Numbered from the stretch's first letter, positions 13,880 through 27,636 are shown. The stretch is 51,672 nt of DNA from Lama guanicoe (GCA_013239625.1 MU056032.1:1-51672), one strand, 5' to 3'. Made by a program: numbers and translations. Notes: generated from the sequence alone by a model not told the origin.

Positions 13880-14205
13880 GTTTTTTTTTTTTTAAGAGAA
13901 GTCTCAGATTTACAGTAAAATTGTGTTGAAATCACATTTTCCACATGTACTTTTCCCCAACACACATATGACTTCTCCCACTATCACCATTCCTCTCCAG
14001 AGTGGTATGTCTGTAGCAATCGCTGAGCCTACACTGACCCATCATCATCATCCAAGGCCCACAGTTCTCCTTGAGAAGCCCCTCTTTTTGTTGTACATTG
14101 TACAGTGTTGGACAGATGTACAGTGACATAGATCTACCATAAGAGCACCACACAGGGTAGTTCATTGCCCTTGATTCCCCTACATGCTGCTGGTTCATCC
14201 TTCTT
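13880..14205 (-). mobile_element. Old L1 (L1MC-like) 3' end
   Basis: ccagagtggtatgtctgtagcaatcgctgagcctacactgacccatcatcatcatcc matches the antisense L1MC tail as recalled. Confidence 0.7.
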
Positions 14206-15372
14206 CACCAAGAGCCTTCATGGAATTCCCACAGGCATTAAGTTATTTTGCAAATGGGATGGGGCATATTTAGATGCCCACGAATCTCTTTTCATCTGCT
14301 TGCATTGTAAGACCATGAGTTGAAAGTAGCTTCAGATCAGATGAGCTGAAGAAAAGGAAACTCAATTACAGAAATTTTTTGTGGCTGTGATTCCTTGTCT
14401 AGATAGTTCAACTTCATGCAGTGGGATTCTCTCAGAGTTCTTGGCTTCTCCTCCCCAGGGGGTAGGGACTGTCTTCTTCATTCTTGCTGCTTACCCCACA
14501 GAGACTACTCATTGGAGGCCCATTGTGTGATTGCATGATTACTCAAGTACAAGCTCCAAAAACCACCCTCCCTTACATTCATGCTGTTCCATGATCTCCT
14601 GCTGACCACGGGCCACACTTCCTTCACTTACGCTGCTGCTCCTGCTCATCTTACTCCCCATCTATCTGAGGGAAACTGGGCAGAGGCTGGCTCTACAGAG
14701 ACACAGGGAAGTTACATCTCCCTGAGCCTGCACTTGTAGCTGGTTGAAATGGACTTTCTCCAGTGTCAAGACCCCATCTGGGGAGACATGGGGGCTTGGA
14801 TGCAAATGGAAGCCACCTTATGCCTGCAAGGATTCTTGTCTGCTAACTTCAAGTCAGTAGGAGGCAGTGTGGAAGAGTGTGTCTTGGGCCCCAGAGGCAC
14901 ATGAATGTGCTGTGTCCTGGATTACTTGCCTGGTTCACTTCTACTCATTGAAACCTAGGGAAGTAAAGTTTATCACCTGCAAATTAGGGTTTAGTTAACT
15001 CTGTCATTTTTAGTTACATGATTAGGGGATGATAAGGGTGAAATTCTTTGATGTGCTGTAAGAGTTACTGCTTAAATGCAAAATGTGTCCATTTCTTGTC
15101 ACCTGTCAAGTGTATGTCATTGTGTGACTGAGGGTGCTGGCAACAGAAGGCCTGTTACTAGGACTCGAACCCCGTCTTCCTCAGTGTGTGGGCTCTGCTT
15201 GTTGACAGCGCTCTGCTGAAAGCCTGGCCACGTGCACAAAGGGAGATTCAAGACCCATAGAGCCTGGGAGTGTTTGTTTAGTAGTGAATTCCCCATCCTT
15301 TCTCTAGTTGGAAGAACAACCAGCAATGAGTTGATTTGTTGGATTTTTATCTTTTTGCCTTTCTCTTCAAAG

Positions 15373-15428
15373 GCTGCTCAAACTCAAGTTATTCTTATTC
15401 TCTTAAAAGATGGACAGGTGTTCAGCAG
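15373..15428 (+). other. Candidate first coding exon of an unidentified gene (ATG at 15410, MDRCSA-G)
   Basis: Long polypyrimidine tract then AAG acceptor; CAG|GTGAGT consensus donor; strong Kozak (aagATGG) with an in-frame upstream TAA; no homology recognised. Confidence 0.35.
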
Positions 15429-15546
15429 GTGAGTATGGAACTGGGCAGAGCTTGATATGATCCCTGTCTGTTCGGAACTTGGGCTGAGGGCCTGGCCTAA
15501 AAAGAACCTTGGTTTGTTTCCACTGGCGGGTGTGGGGAGGCCTGGA

Positions 15547-15571
15547 GTGTGTGTGTGTGTGTGTATGTGTG
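15547..15571. repeat. (TG)n microsatellite
   Basis: Seen directly. Confidence 0.9.
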
Positions 15572-18500
15572 TAGAGATGGGTGGGAGTGGCAGCCAGCAT
15601 TCTCCTCACCAAGCCATATGACATGAAGGGGCAGAGGATAGAAGTCATTGGGTGGAGGAAGTTTATGAGTGAGAAATTCCTCTGCTCTGCTGCGTGGGGT
15701 CTTGGGAGGAGGGTGTGATTGGCAGAGTTGAAGTCCACAGCATTAAACCAATTTAAACCTTAATATATTGATCAGAGAAGCCCACTCAGTGACTTGGACG
15801 CAATTAGTTAGACATGGATTGACTTTTGGCCTCTCCAGCCTTTTGACCTTTGGGAAATCCTCTCACAATGTGGGACATCAGACACTTAATTTGTCATAGG
15901 ACATCCAGCATATGCATTCACAATACTTACCTTGATGCAGTGAGGGTTTCAGGAGATGATAGGTATAAAGCAGCAGCTGCTCCAAGGCACTGAGTCACAG
16001 CAGGTGGACAAAAAGTGGTAACTGTCAGCTGTTAAATTTGGGGAAAACATTATTGGGAGATTATAGAGGAGATCCTGATCTGGTCATCACATTGATCCCT
16101 GGGCGAGATACTAGAATCTGGTTGTGCCATGTGCTAAATAAGGCCCATGGGAGAGTCCAAGTTGCTGAGAGAGCAAAGCCTTACAGAACCCCCATCCACC
16201 CCCAAACACTTAGGCAGTGATGCAGGAGGAAGGAAATCACTGTGGAGCAGGCAGCAAGGACCCAGCTGCTCAGAATGGGGGGCACCTCTGCTGTTGGATC
16301 AGTGCCAAGGGCACCCCAGGACCCTTGAAAGCTGCATCTGTTAATCTTCCTTGTGCTCTCAGTCACTCTGGATGACAGGACGCCACGCTCCTGTTGTGCC
16401 CCTTGGAATGGCATTTCCCAGACATGCTGCACTTTTCTCTTTGGCTTCTTAACTCTTGGAGGAATTTCTCAAACACCTGGTATAATGGTGACCTGCAGGT
16501 GTGGAATGAGTTTTCTCATCTAACAAAATAGTATCATAATAGAGCTCGCTTTGCAGGGCTTTGAGGTGTTAAATTGTCAACGCACTAAAGACTCTTACAG
16601 TAAAAGTCCAGTAAATATCTTATCTATTCTTATGGTGAATATTCTTCTATCTTTTCCTCCTATACTTCCATGCTCTCCTTTTATCTCCTGCCTTTGATTT
16701 GAGTTCCAAGAAGTGTCCAGGAAGGGCAGGGGATGGTTGGGACTGACTCTCTAAGAAGGTGTGTTCCTCCAGCCCCTCCTCCCACCCACTTCCGTTCTGA
16801 TGAACTGAGTCAGCCCAGGTTTCTTCCCGTGTCCCTGAGACAAGTGAGGTCTTGCTCTGCATAAAGGTGGTTCCTACCACTGCAAAAGCTGGTGAGAGTG
16901 CACTCTCACCCAAACTTGAAGGATCGGCCTCCAGATGGAGAAGAAGTGAGCAGGATGTGAGTCTTCTCAGGGCTGTGGGGGAAATGCTCATTAAACACTC
17001 TCATGATTCCTTTTTGGGGGTTCAGTATGGAGATCCAATCTCTGGGGAAAAAACAGACCTCTTCTTCAGATTTTCACCCACTCCTTCCATCCTCCTAGAA
17101 AGATGAGTGTGCTCTGCTGGCCTGGGGTTAGAGTTCAGTTGGAGCCTTCCTGACAGTGAGCTAAGCTCTTGGCTCCAGTGTCACTCATAATCAGAGTTCC
17201 CTCAGTCTTCAGCCAGGTGCCATCTGCCTCCCAGTAAACTGTGTTCCCGCTGGGCCATGAAGCCCTATCTGCCTCACACCTCCCTTCCCTTCTGTCTCCT
17301 GCAGTACATTCTGAGGTGGATAAAATGAACACATGCATGATTTCCAAAAAGTTTGCACAATGGCTGTAACTTACATATATCAATCTAACATCTGGCAGCT
17401 CCGTCCCTTCTGCTGATAAAAGAGGAAACAGGGAGTAGAGGCCTGTGGCCAATCCCTGCCAGTGTGATCATCACTTTGGGGACAGTGGAGACCCCTGATC
17501 TGAATGGAACCAACCTCTTCCTGTGCTCCGTTGGCTATACCTCACATGGACCTTGCAGGACGGCTTAGCCAAGTGCCAACAGCAGCCTTCCTCATAAACA
17601 GAAACTCCAGACAGGAAGTTTGAAAACCTAGCCATGATTTCTGCCCAGAATGAGGTTTTTCTAAGTGTCCCCAGTAAGGATTTCCTGTGGAACCTGTTTC
17701 ATTGTGATGACTTAAGTTTCTTAGGTTTTGGGGGGTGCTCTGTCCATTGCCCCTTATCTCCTGTGGCTTAAGAAGGCTATGATGGTATCATTGACCATCT
17801 TAGAACTTTCTGGAATGCTGCCTAGTTTGGGGGCTGCTTTCCTTTCTTGTTTGATATTCACAACCTCAGAAGTCATGGTAGGTAGGAACATGGAGGTAAG
17901 TGACACACTCAAAGTCACAGAGGTTGTTATTGCTCAGAAAAATAAATCAGGTCCCCACATTTCTGGTCGAGTGCTTTTTAAATCTACATCATGCTCCTGG
18001 GGGAAAATCTGGCGTGATAAGCAGGAGGCCTTGGGGGTGTGGGACAAGGGCCAGGTTTACCTGGAAGTGCTAAGTGCCGTGAGAATTGGGCACCATGTAT
18101 AGTAAGGGAGTTACTGCCTGTCACTGACTCAGAGGCAGAGACGGCCTCCTGGAGGTGCTGGGAACTGCCAAATCATCACCGCCTCTGACCCCCCGGAGGA
18201 GACCTCATATTGAAAGTTCACGGCTGCCTGCCCCTAACTTTTCCAGAGAAGTCCATGCTGGTCCAGGTGGGCAGGGCCCAGCAGCATCTCCAGAAGATGC
18301 TCCTTGAGGACTCAGAGGTGAGGCCAGGTTGTTTGTGGCTTGCTTCCCTGCCTTCGTCCATTGCTCAGGCCTCCCTCCTTGGGTGAGACCCTCTGAAGAG
18401 GCTCCTGTCTCTCCCCTTCAGCTTGGCAACATTCCCCAGGACACAGGCTGCCATAGTGGGCCCAGCACCAGCACCCCTGGCTGGCAGTAGGGCTTGCCCT

Positions 18501-18914
18501 GGGCTAGGTGGTCCTCTGTCTTGCATCCTTGAAGTCAGGTCTCATCTGGTCTCTTTCCCTGACTGTTAGCAAAAGAGACCTCAGGTCTTGAGGAAATGGA
18601 ATGTGGCCTGGGCTCTGCTCTCTGTCTTCTCTGGTATGTTACAGAAGCCTGGCACTCAGTGATGGCTCAGGAATTGGTAGCCCCTGTCATTGTGTTTATT
18701 ATCAGCTTTATTCCTCCCAACTCCCCCAAAACCCACGAGGGAATGCCCCATCTCACAATGAGTGGAGCGTGCAAGTAGGAAGAGACTGCCTAGACATGCA
18801 GCAGTTTGCTCTATCAACCTCTAAAGCTGGGCTTCCTTCTGCTACACTGCTCCAATTCCCTTGGATGTGACGTTCTGAATCCAAACTAATATCTGAATAT
18901 GTTCATTTTTAAAG

Positions 18915-19165
18915 GTATGTATAATAGACCTCCAGGTGATTATGGAACAGACTGTTCCCCCGACCCTGGTGGAGAGGGTCTTGGCAAGAACGAGCGATGT
19001 ATCAAAATTCTTACTTACAGTGAGTCATGGCGTAGGGAAGGCAGGGCCGTCCAAGAGGAAACCCAGAATTCCAGGCTGGAATCAAGGCAGAATCCAGCTG
19101 AACACATGGCCGAGACGTTGGATGCCAAGGAGATTCAAATTGTTTTTGAGCAGAAAAAATTGGAA
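18915..19165 (+). other. Candidate coding exon of an unidentified gene, phase-compatible with 15373-15428
   Basis: Branch-like actaat plus ttcatttttaaag acceptor; stop-free phase-1 frame (ORF 18899-19174); gaa|gtgagg donor; locally retained CpGs. Confidence 0.35.
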
Positions 19166-20870
19166 GTGAGGTGATAGCTCTTGAATTGGACACATTGCTC
19201 ATTTTATTGCAAGAATGTAAGTAGCACTACAGCAATCTCATTTTGCAATGCTTTCCTCCCATTCTTGACTTGGTATCAGTCAACAGTGTGAGACATTTTG
19301 TCAATTTTTGTCACATTTAATTAATATTGGTTACTCTCATGATGGACACATACTGTGAGTAGCAAATTTTTTAAAGAAAATAAAGAACTATCAGGATTGA
19401 AAACAGATTTTTTTGAGAATTGTTGGAGAAATGTCAAGTCAGTTATTAAGTTGAAAATAGGTAATGATTTTATGGTTACAATGCTGGATGTGAAAAGAAA
19501 TTGTGCCTTTAGCTTTTGGGAAGTACCTTGACTTAGCAAAGTAAAATTTTTGAAGGATTGTCTTTATTTCTAGATAGTACCACTTATCTTTTATAAAGAA
19601 ATGATGCTTCTTGGCTGTTGGTAAATCATATTTCTACATACATCAGTGGACACTTCCTTAACATGCACTGAATTTTACTCAAGATTGAGCATATATTAAG
19701 GGTATATAAAATCTAAGACTAGAGAATTTTGAACCAAACGATGCAATCAGAATTTAAATGATCATAGCCTTTTGAAAATGCATCTTGCATTTTCATATTT
19801 TATTTTAATTACTATCACTCTGAAAATAAAGTTCACTTCTGAGCAGCAGAATTTGTTGTATAAACAAATAACACATTTCAAATTCTGAATAACTATGTAA
19901 TGATGCTCAACATTGAAACTAAAATAACGTCAAAAATTTATCCCCATTCAGAGTGAACTTCTGTGTTAAAAATGGAAAGATCTCTTCACTTTTCATTCAG
20001 ATTTCCTGAATATGAATGTTCTTATAGGATTTATAGATGACCTTATTTAACCCAGAAAAAATATTTTAGAGGACACTGTATTGGTTTAATAACAAAAAGT
20101 ATTCTTGAAATGGTTTTATTAAAATTACTACAGTTTACTGGAAAATTTGAAACTGTACATGGTCTTCATTGAGGGTGACAGATGCAGGTTCTACACGATA
20201 TTCTTGTCCTTTTTGGGGGCGGGTAATTAAAAATTTTGTTGTATTTTCAAACTTAGAGATACATTACAAGCATACTAACAGACAGTCCTATATTCATTGA
20301 TTCAAATTTACCAATTGTTATCATTTCTTCCCGATTTTTAGTGCCTACCGTCCCTCACTGCCCCCTCTTTCTGTTTATGTATGTATGTGTGCATACATGT
20401 CTCTGCATGGAATTTGTTTTCATTTCTCTTATGCAGACTTCTAGAAATCGCCGCATGATGTGGTGAGTTTGTTTAACCTTTTGGGAACCTGATGACCTCT
20501 TGAAAAGAACTATATAATTTTATCTTCCAACTACCAACGTATGGCGAGTTCCAGTTTCTCCATACCTTGCACAGTGCTGCTTACAGTCTTGTCTTTTTGA
20601 CACAGTTATTCTACTACAGAATATGAAGTAGGATCTCATCGTGGATTTAATTTATATTTCCCTAGGCTAGTGATTTTGACCATATCCTCTGCGAGGCTGT
20701 CGGCCATTTGTTTACTTTCCTTGGAGAAATGTCCATTCAAGTTCCCCTTTGGGTTGCTGTCTTATGTGTGATAGAAGATCATATATTCAGAAGATAAACA
20801 AGTCCTTTATCACATGGATCTTGGTTTTTATGTCCGTTATTTTTTCTTTTTAATCTACTCTGACAATCTC

Positions 20871-21803
20871 TGTTATTTCCTTTTACTTTTCTTTATTTCT
20901 TTGTGTTTTTTTAGGCAGAGAAGGAACAATTTTTTTTTTGCAGCAAATATGGAAAACACGGTATCTTTCCCAAAGCAGTGTTCCCCTGAAGAGTAAAATC
21001 GGGGAAGGCTTAAGCTAAGGGAACATGCATATCCATGAAGGAGTTTGAGTAGAGACAAATTCAGCAAAGAATTGGGGCAGAGGTTGACAGAATCAAAGCT
21101 TTAGTTGATTGAAGTCATGAGGTCAGAAGAGGTGTGTATCATCATTCCTTAGGTTTCAGCCAGCCTGGTGTTGTGGGAAAATGTGTTACAGCTCAGTTGT
21201 GACAGCAACCTGGATCCAGGCAAGAGACCAAGCAGCACTGGGAGAGCTGGAGAACTCAGGTTTATTACACCATCAGGCCCAGAGGAGTTAACTCTTCAAG
21301 CTCTGGATCCCATCTGTAGGTTTACACAGGCCTTTATAGGCTGCCAGTTTTACACTTTGCAACATCATATGCAAATAAAGTACAAGAGAAGTTGACCAAC
21401 CAGGAACAAGCTTTGTATAAGTAGACCAATCAGGAGTGAGCTCCATGCAAATGAAGTACTACAAGTGGACCAATCAGAAGTGAGAGTAATAACCAACCAG
21501 GACTGAGAGTAATAACCAATCAGAAGTGAAGGAAAGTGAGCTCAGGGAACCAATAAAATTCTAGGTGTAAGTTAACCGCTTCAGAGGCAAAAAGTGAGAT
21601 AAAGCCTCTGGGCCAGGGAACCGGACACTAGGGAGGAGAGCAGCGGCCCTGCCTAGGGGTCCTGCCGGGCTTTTTATGGAGCTTCCTGCCTCACTGGGAC
21701 CTCAGCAAGTTGTTCCCATCCTCCACCTTTTTTAAATGAATATTTTCACTGCCCAAAGAATATATGATTAATATTTTATTCTCAGTTCCTGCAGAACTCA
21801 ACA
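20871..21803. mobile_element. Older LTR-like element interrupting an L1 fragment and itself interrupted by a younger LTR
   Basis: TG...CA ends flanked by caatctc (20864-20870) and cagtctc (21804-21810); L1-like sequence resumes on both sides. Confidence 0.5.
21169..21693 (-). mobile_element. Solo LTR, ERV1/gamma-like (525 bp)
   Basis: TG...CA termini with a perfect 4-bp TSD CTGG (21165-21168 / 21694-21697); minus-strand TATAAA (21333-21338) and AATAAA (21261-21266); multiple CCAAT boxes. Confidence 0.85.
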
Positions 21804-22140
21804 CAGTCTCTCTTATTTGGATAGGGTATTTAGTTCATTCTATGTGAAGCTGATATCATTGCTTTTGTATCTGCCATTTTGCACTTTACTTCCTATTATT
21901 CTCATATGTAAAGAGATCCCTGTGTCCCTCCTTCTGTGTTACGTTAGCAGTTGCTCTTGGTATGACAGTATGTGTGTCACTATTCCTCACCATGGTCTAT
22001 GTCTACATAATACACATTTATTTCTGGAAAAAGTCGCTTTGTTCCAGTATATCTCCTTTCTTCTCTTTATGAAGTTGTTGTCATATTACATCTGTACATG
22101 TTACAACAACACACAACACAGTTAAATAACTACTACTCTA

Positions 22141-22669
22141 TGGCCAAGACATGGAAATAGCCTAAATGTCCATCAATGGATGACTGGATAAAGAAGATAT
22201 ATATTTATACAATGGAATACTACTCAGCCATGAAAACTGACAACATAATGCCATTTGGTGCAACAAGGATGCTCCTGGAGAATGTCATTCTAAGTGAAGT
22301 TAGCCTGAAAGAGAAAGAAAACTACAATATGAGGTCGCTCATATGTGGAATCTAAAAACAAAAACCAAAACAAAAAAACAAAGCATAAATACAAAACAGA
22401 AACAGACTCATGGACATAGAATACAAACTTGTGGTTGCCAAGGGGGTGGAAAGTGGGGAGGGATAGGCGGGACTTCAAAATTGTTGAATAGATAAACAAG
22501 ATTATGCTGTGTTGCACAGGGTAATATGCACAAGATCTTACGGTAGCTCACAGAGGAAAAAATGTGACAATGAATATATGTATGTTCATGTATAATGGAA
22601 TCGTGCTGAACACTGGAATTTGACTTAACATTGTAAAATGATTATAAATCAATAAAAATGTTAAAAAAT
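22141..22669 (+). mobile_element. 5'-truncated camelid-type L1 with TSD
   Basis: ORF2 C-terminal sequence, 3'UTR and aataaaaatgttaaaaaa tail; TSD aataactactact(c/g)ta at 22125-22140 and 22670-22685. Confidence 0.9.
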
Positions 22670-22689
22670 AATAACTACTACTGTATGTA

Positions 22690-24400
22690 ACATTAAGGCC
22701 CTCAATTTTTATATGCAAATTCCCTTCTTTACCTCTTTTATTAAGGAATGTTTCCACTGGATATCGAATATATGTTTAACAGTTTATTCTTTATTGACTT
22801 TGACTTTGTCATCTCACAGACCACTGACTGCTATTATTTTTGGTGAGAAGTCAGTTGTTAATGATTATTTTGATTTCCTTTCTGATACGTTCTTTTTCAC
22901 TTGCAGCTTTCAAGACTTTTTCTTAGCCTTGTCTTTAATAGTTTGTCTAAGTTGTGTATAAGTGTGGGTCTCCTTGAATTTTTCCTACTTGGGATCTTTT
23001 GAGATTCTTGGGTCTGTAGATTAATGTCTTTTTAATCAGATTTGAGAAATTTTTTTGCAATTATTCCTTCAAATGTATATTTTTTGCCCTTTCTCATCTC
23101 CTTCTGGGGTTCTCTTTTTACATGTGTTGATATAACTGGCATTGATCTGGTCTCTGAGTCTTTGTTGGTTTCCTCCCACTTCAGATTGGTTACAATTCTG
23201 TTGATTTTCTTCAAGTTCACTAATTCTTTCTTCTTCTTTCAACGGATCTTTTAATTTCAGATACTGCATTCTTCAGCTCCAGTTCCCATTTGGTTCTTTC
23301 ATATACTTTGTATCTCTCTGTTGAGATTCTTTGTGGTTTGCATTATTTTCATCACAGCTGTCGATAATTCTTTAAACGTGATTTCCATTACTTCTTTCAG
23401 TGTGTTCATAGCAGATGCTTTTAAGTCATGGCTAACTCCAGCATCTGGAAATAACTTAGTTTTTATTGAGTCCTTTTCTTTCTCAGTCACAGTATACTCT
23501 TTTCATTCTTTGTAGTCTTGCCGAGTTTCAGAAAATTTAGCAATGCTAAGTTTGAATTTTGATCCAGAGAGTTGTCCTTGTTGTTTTAAGTAACTTGCCA
23601 CCACTAAATTTGTGAAGTCTGTCTCTATTACAGCTTGAAACCACTGATGTCACTGCTCATTTTTTGAATGGTACAACTTGCTTCCTAACAGTTGGTGCTG
23701 CAACTGTGTAGCTGAGCATTTAGCCAAAGTTTGGGCAGAGGTTGGGCTCAAACCCTATCAGTCAGGCCGTCACTCTGTCGATGCATCTCTGTGGGCCAGC
23801 AAGTACATACACAGTTCAGATTGTTTCCAAATGTGCAGTGGTGTTTGCTATCTAGTGTGCTTCTGTCCATCTCCATGTGTATACATGCTGGCTTTGGAAG
23901 CCACGGAGATGTGAATGGATTGAACCTTTTTCAGTTTCTTCTCTGCATGCCTGTAAATCTGGAGAATATAGAGTACTTAGCAAGCCCAGATACGGTCTTA
24001 TCACCTAGAACTTCCAGGGAAATGCTCAGCTGCCCTATTGCCTGCCCCAAACATGAGTGCAACCTCAGTGAACCCTATGTGCCGACCCCTGAGCTCAACA
24101 GTTTACCTTCTCACGCATGAAGTCAGATGAGCCCATCCTGGTGGTGACAGCAAGCCTTGTTCCCAAGGTCTGCTGTCACCCTGGTTGAGCTGCTATCCCT
24201 TCAGCCCTGGCAGGGGATAGACCCAGAGTCTCACACTCCTATTGCCTGAACATCAGGGATTTTCATGAATAAGCACTTTAGTTTGTTGCAGGTCTTCAGT
24301 TACAGAGTGCTGGAATGATTTTTTTTCTTGAAAGTTTGTCCAAATTTATAGCCATTGTTTTAAAAGTGGAGATGATTTCTCAACCTCCTCACCTCACCAT
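22690..24400 (-). mobile_element. Old L1 ORF1/5' region fragment
   Basis: ORFs 23032-23269(-) resemble L1 ORF1 (EEERISELEE, FEGIIAKKFLK); boundaries approximate. Confidence 0.6.
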
Positions 24401-27400
24401 GAAAAACTGAATTTAACCAACTTCCTTGGAATTACATTCCAACCAAATCAGTTTAATAAGAATGGACTTGGAGAGGATTTGTAAACTTTCCAAGCTATGC
24501 ATTCAAAGCTACCTGAGTGCCAGAGTTTTACAAGGAGCTTCTATTTATTGGATGACTTTTGGTGTTTTATACATGTTTTATTTTTAGTAATATTTTGTTA
24601 TTTGTTCATATTCGTTTTAAAGTAAATACTGAGTTATTACAATCTGGCTGTTTATAAGCATGTTTCTTAATGTAAGTATGTAATATTTTAAAAAAATGTG
24701 CTGGAATTTAGACTTGTCTATGGATTAAAAAGGTAAAAGCTAGTCCTGGACATAAATTTAGAGTTGATAGTTTGAACTGAGAATGTTGTTTCTATGCAAA
24801 TTCTCCTCAACCCACGTTTGTTCACATAAATCCCTATTCTTGTAGGTGACAATGTGATCCCACTTGCTCATCTCACCTCTCACTTTTAAAACAGAAATTT
24901 AACTTAATTCTGTACCAGTGCTTCAATATGGGAATATAATGAGTGGCTAATAGGTTGTGAATTTAAGGATGCATTTCATGAAAAAAAAAAAAAAGGAACT
25001 ACAGAGCTGGCTGCCAAAAAGGGATGGTGAGAGGGAGAGGACATAGAACCCAGTTTGGAGAGCTAATATGAATCCCCTGCATTTCTGAGAGCAGGTGTGT
25101 CACTCACACCCAGAGAACACGGAATCTGAGAGAGCTGGTTAGTTACTTCATCTCAGGAAGGGAGACCTGCTGGTGTGTTGAGACTGTTTTGCACAATGAA
25201 CATCTTTGTCAATGACTGAGTGCTTCTGCAGGGCCAGATGTAGCACATACATGGAAGAGAGAAAGTGAGCCTCTCTGGGGGATGTATCATAGGCACCATC
25301 CAAAGGGGCCACTTAGAGGTGTGAACAGACTTCAAAAGAAGCTAATCTGAAGTAGATTCTGGATTCCTTAAGAGCGAAGGAAAAAGAAAGGCCAACAGAA
25401 TGGACTGCAATCACTTAGGTCACGGGAGTTGCAGGTGAGAACACCTCTGAGCCCAAAAGTGCCCTTGATAGAGAGTCTGATATCCAATTATTGCCAGGAG
25501 CAGGCTGCTCAAGACCAGCTCCCAGAAGCATTAGTCACTTAGAAGCTCTCCCGTCCCCTGCAGCTTTGATACTGGCAGCCAGCTGAGGGAGGACGGATGG
25601 GGTTAGGCAGGAAGGAGAAGAGGGCCATCCTGCCTTCCACCCCTCCTGCAAGTGGCCAGCCAGCAGCATGGCCTCGCTGAGTACATCTGACTTGGCCTTT
25701 TCATGTTTGCCTGGGCTGGATGTTCTGTTTAAGTTCTTTGTGAGTTAAAGCAACCCCACACTTTTTTTTTTTTCCTTGAGAGGAAAATTTTTCAACCTGG
25801 ATTTGGAGAAGAACCACTGGATATTTAAAAGGGTACTGGGAGATGCTATTGCCTTCTAATCATATCTCATGGGTCAAAAACAGTAATTGCATATATGAAC
25901 AGATATTTGTTTGAACATATTTTTGAGTGATACAATTCTATTTAGAAGATTTTTTCAAAATCTGAAATATTTGTATAAATTCCACCATATCATGTATCAG
26001 ATATGTGTGTGAATAACTCTATTTTAACAAAGCTTCTCTTTTCTTGGTATTTTTATATGATTTTTGATTGTACTCTCTTGTGACTTAGTATCCTTTCCCC
26101 TTAAAATTCCTATGCAATTTAGTCCTGTTATAGTTCCATACTTGTTATCAATTTAATACTGTTAATATCAGCATTATTAATCTAGGGATTTAGTAGAATA
26201 ATCTATGTACATTATTGTTAAAAGCAGGACAAGACAAAATTTATCTGATGACTGCTTTTAGTTGAGTACAGATCTTCCTTCTCCCTTTATTCTGATGATG
26301 ACATTTCTATGATTACATTAAAATTCAGGAGTTACTTTGTGGGATTCTCAGTCTTTGCTCTCACTTTTATATTGGCCAACTCTAAGTTTACATGTCCTTT
26401 TTCCTTTTAGCTTCTCTCCATATTTTCCTATTACATATACTGATGAATTCTTAGTCTTTCTCTACAGCTCTTTAATATGTCCAACGGATTTCTCTTTCTC
26501 CAGAACATTGAATTTGTATGTTTGTAAGAAGCTCCTCTCTAATTTATTGTTTCTGTGGCAGCCTTCTCCCACCTGATGTTGAGTTTGAGGAAGAAATCTT
26601 GAACACTTGTATCTCTAAGGCTAAATGGAGTGCTTTATAGGAAGTCAGCTAATAAATTCAGTGAATGAAAGAATCATAGGTATTCAGTCAATTTATCCTA
26701 ATTCCCCCAACAGACAGAGCACTGGAGTAGATAGATCTGATTCTATTGAAAAGGTTAAATGATGCCATAGAGAGTGAGATTATTATGTGACTTTCTCATC
26801 TTTGAAAACATCTCAGTGACTATAACAATAAAGAAGATGAAATGTATTCTTTTTAGAAAAATCTGGCTTCTTTCTTAGAAGATAATATGAAATGTAGGCT
26901 TGTGTACCAGGCTAACAGTATCTTTCACAAAAAAGGATCAATTAAGTGGATAACATGATAAATTTAAGACCTGCATCCTATGAAATTCAGATATTCTAGA
27001 TTGATTCCACACAAGATGTATTTTATCATTGATCAATGCATCGCCTCCATCATAATTCTTTAAGCATGTTAAAGAGCAGGTATTTTTAAACTTGAGATGT
27101 CAGTAATGTCTGAATAATTCACCTAGAAATTCTGATCTAGGTGATGAAAGAGGCACAGGTGGGAGAAGATGGGGGAAGATGTGCCAAAATGTAGAGGATT
27201 GGAGAAGATGTTTGCTAAAGGATTTCCAGGAGGAAGAAAGGAGAGTTTCTGTTTTTGTATTATTTGGAAATAGTCATTATCAAAAAAGAAACCAAAATCA
27301 ACCATAAACAGAAATGTGAAATGACTGGATGATGATAAGTAGTTAGTCAATCAAGCAAGCAAGTCCTGGTGCAGAACATTCCTGTGTAGACGGAGCACAG

Positions 27401-27636
27401 GATCCGCCAGGCAGAGTCTCATGTTTGCAGTGTTAATTCGATCAAAAACTCCATCATTTTTTATATTTTTAATTTGAGTGAAAGATAATATTTTGTACTG
27501 TTACAGCACAAAGAAAGCTGATTTAAAAATTATCAAAACTTAATGTGAGCTTTTTTCTGGTTTGGGGAGTTGACAGGTGGTCAAGTGTATACCTGCCCCC
27601 ACAGGTACTGTGTGAATTTTTTTTTGTCTTTGTTAG

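Noticed and set aside
19355..19530. Open frame of about 58 codons just after the candidate exon
   Set aside because: No convincing splice acceptor or recognisable homology.
21395..21560. Short repeats with spacers resembling a CRISPR array
   Set aside because: Mammalian LTR enhancer repeats with irregular spacing; no cas genes.
26714..27080. Exon-like segment reading RALE*IDLILLKRLNDAIESEIIM*...
   Set aside because: About eight stops and a frameshift in about 120 codons is near random expectation; every stop codon can be rationalised as C>T, so that is not evidence.
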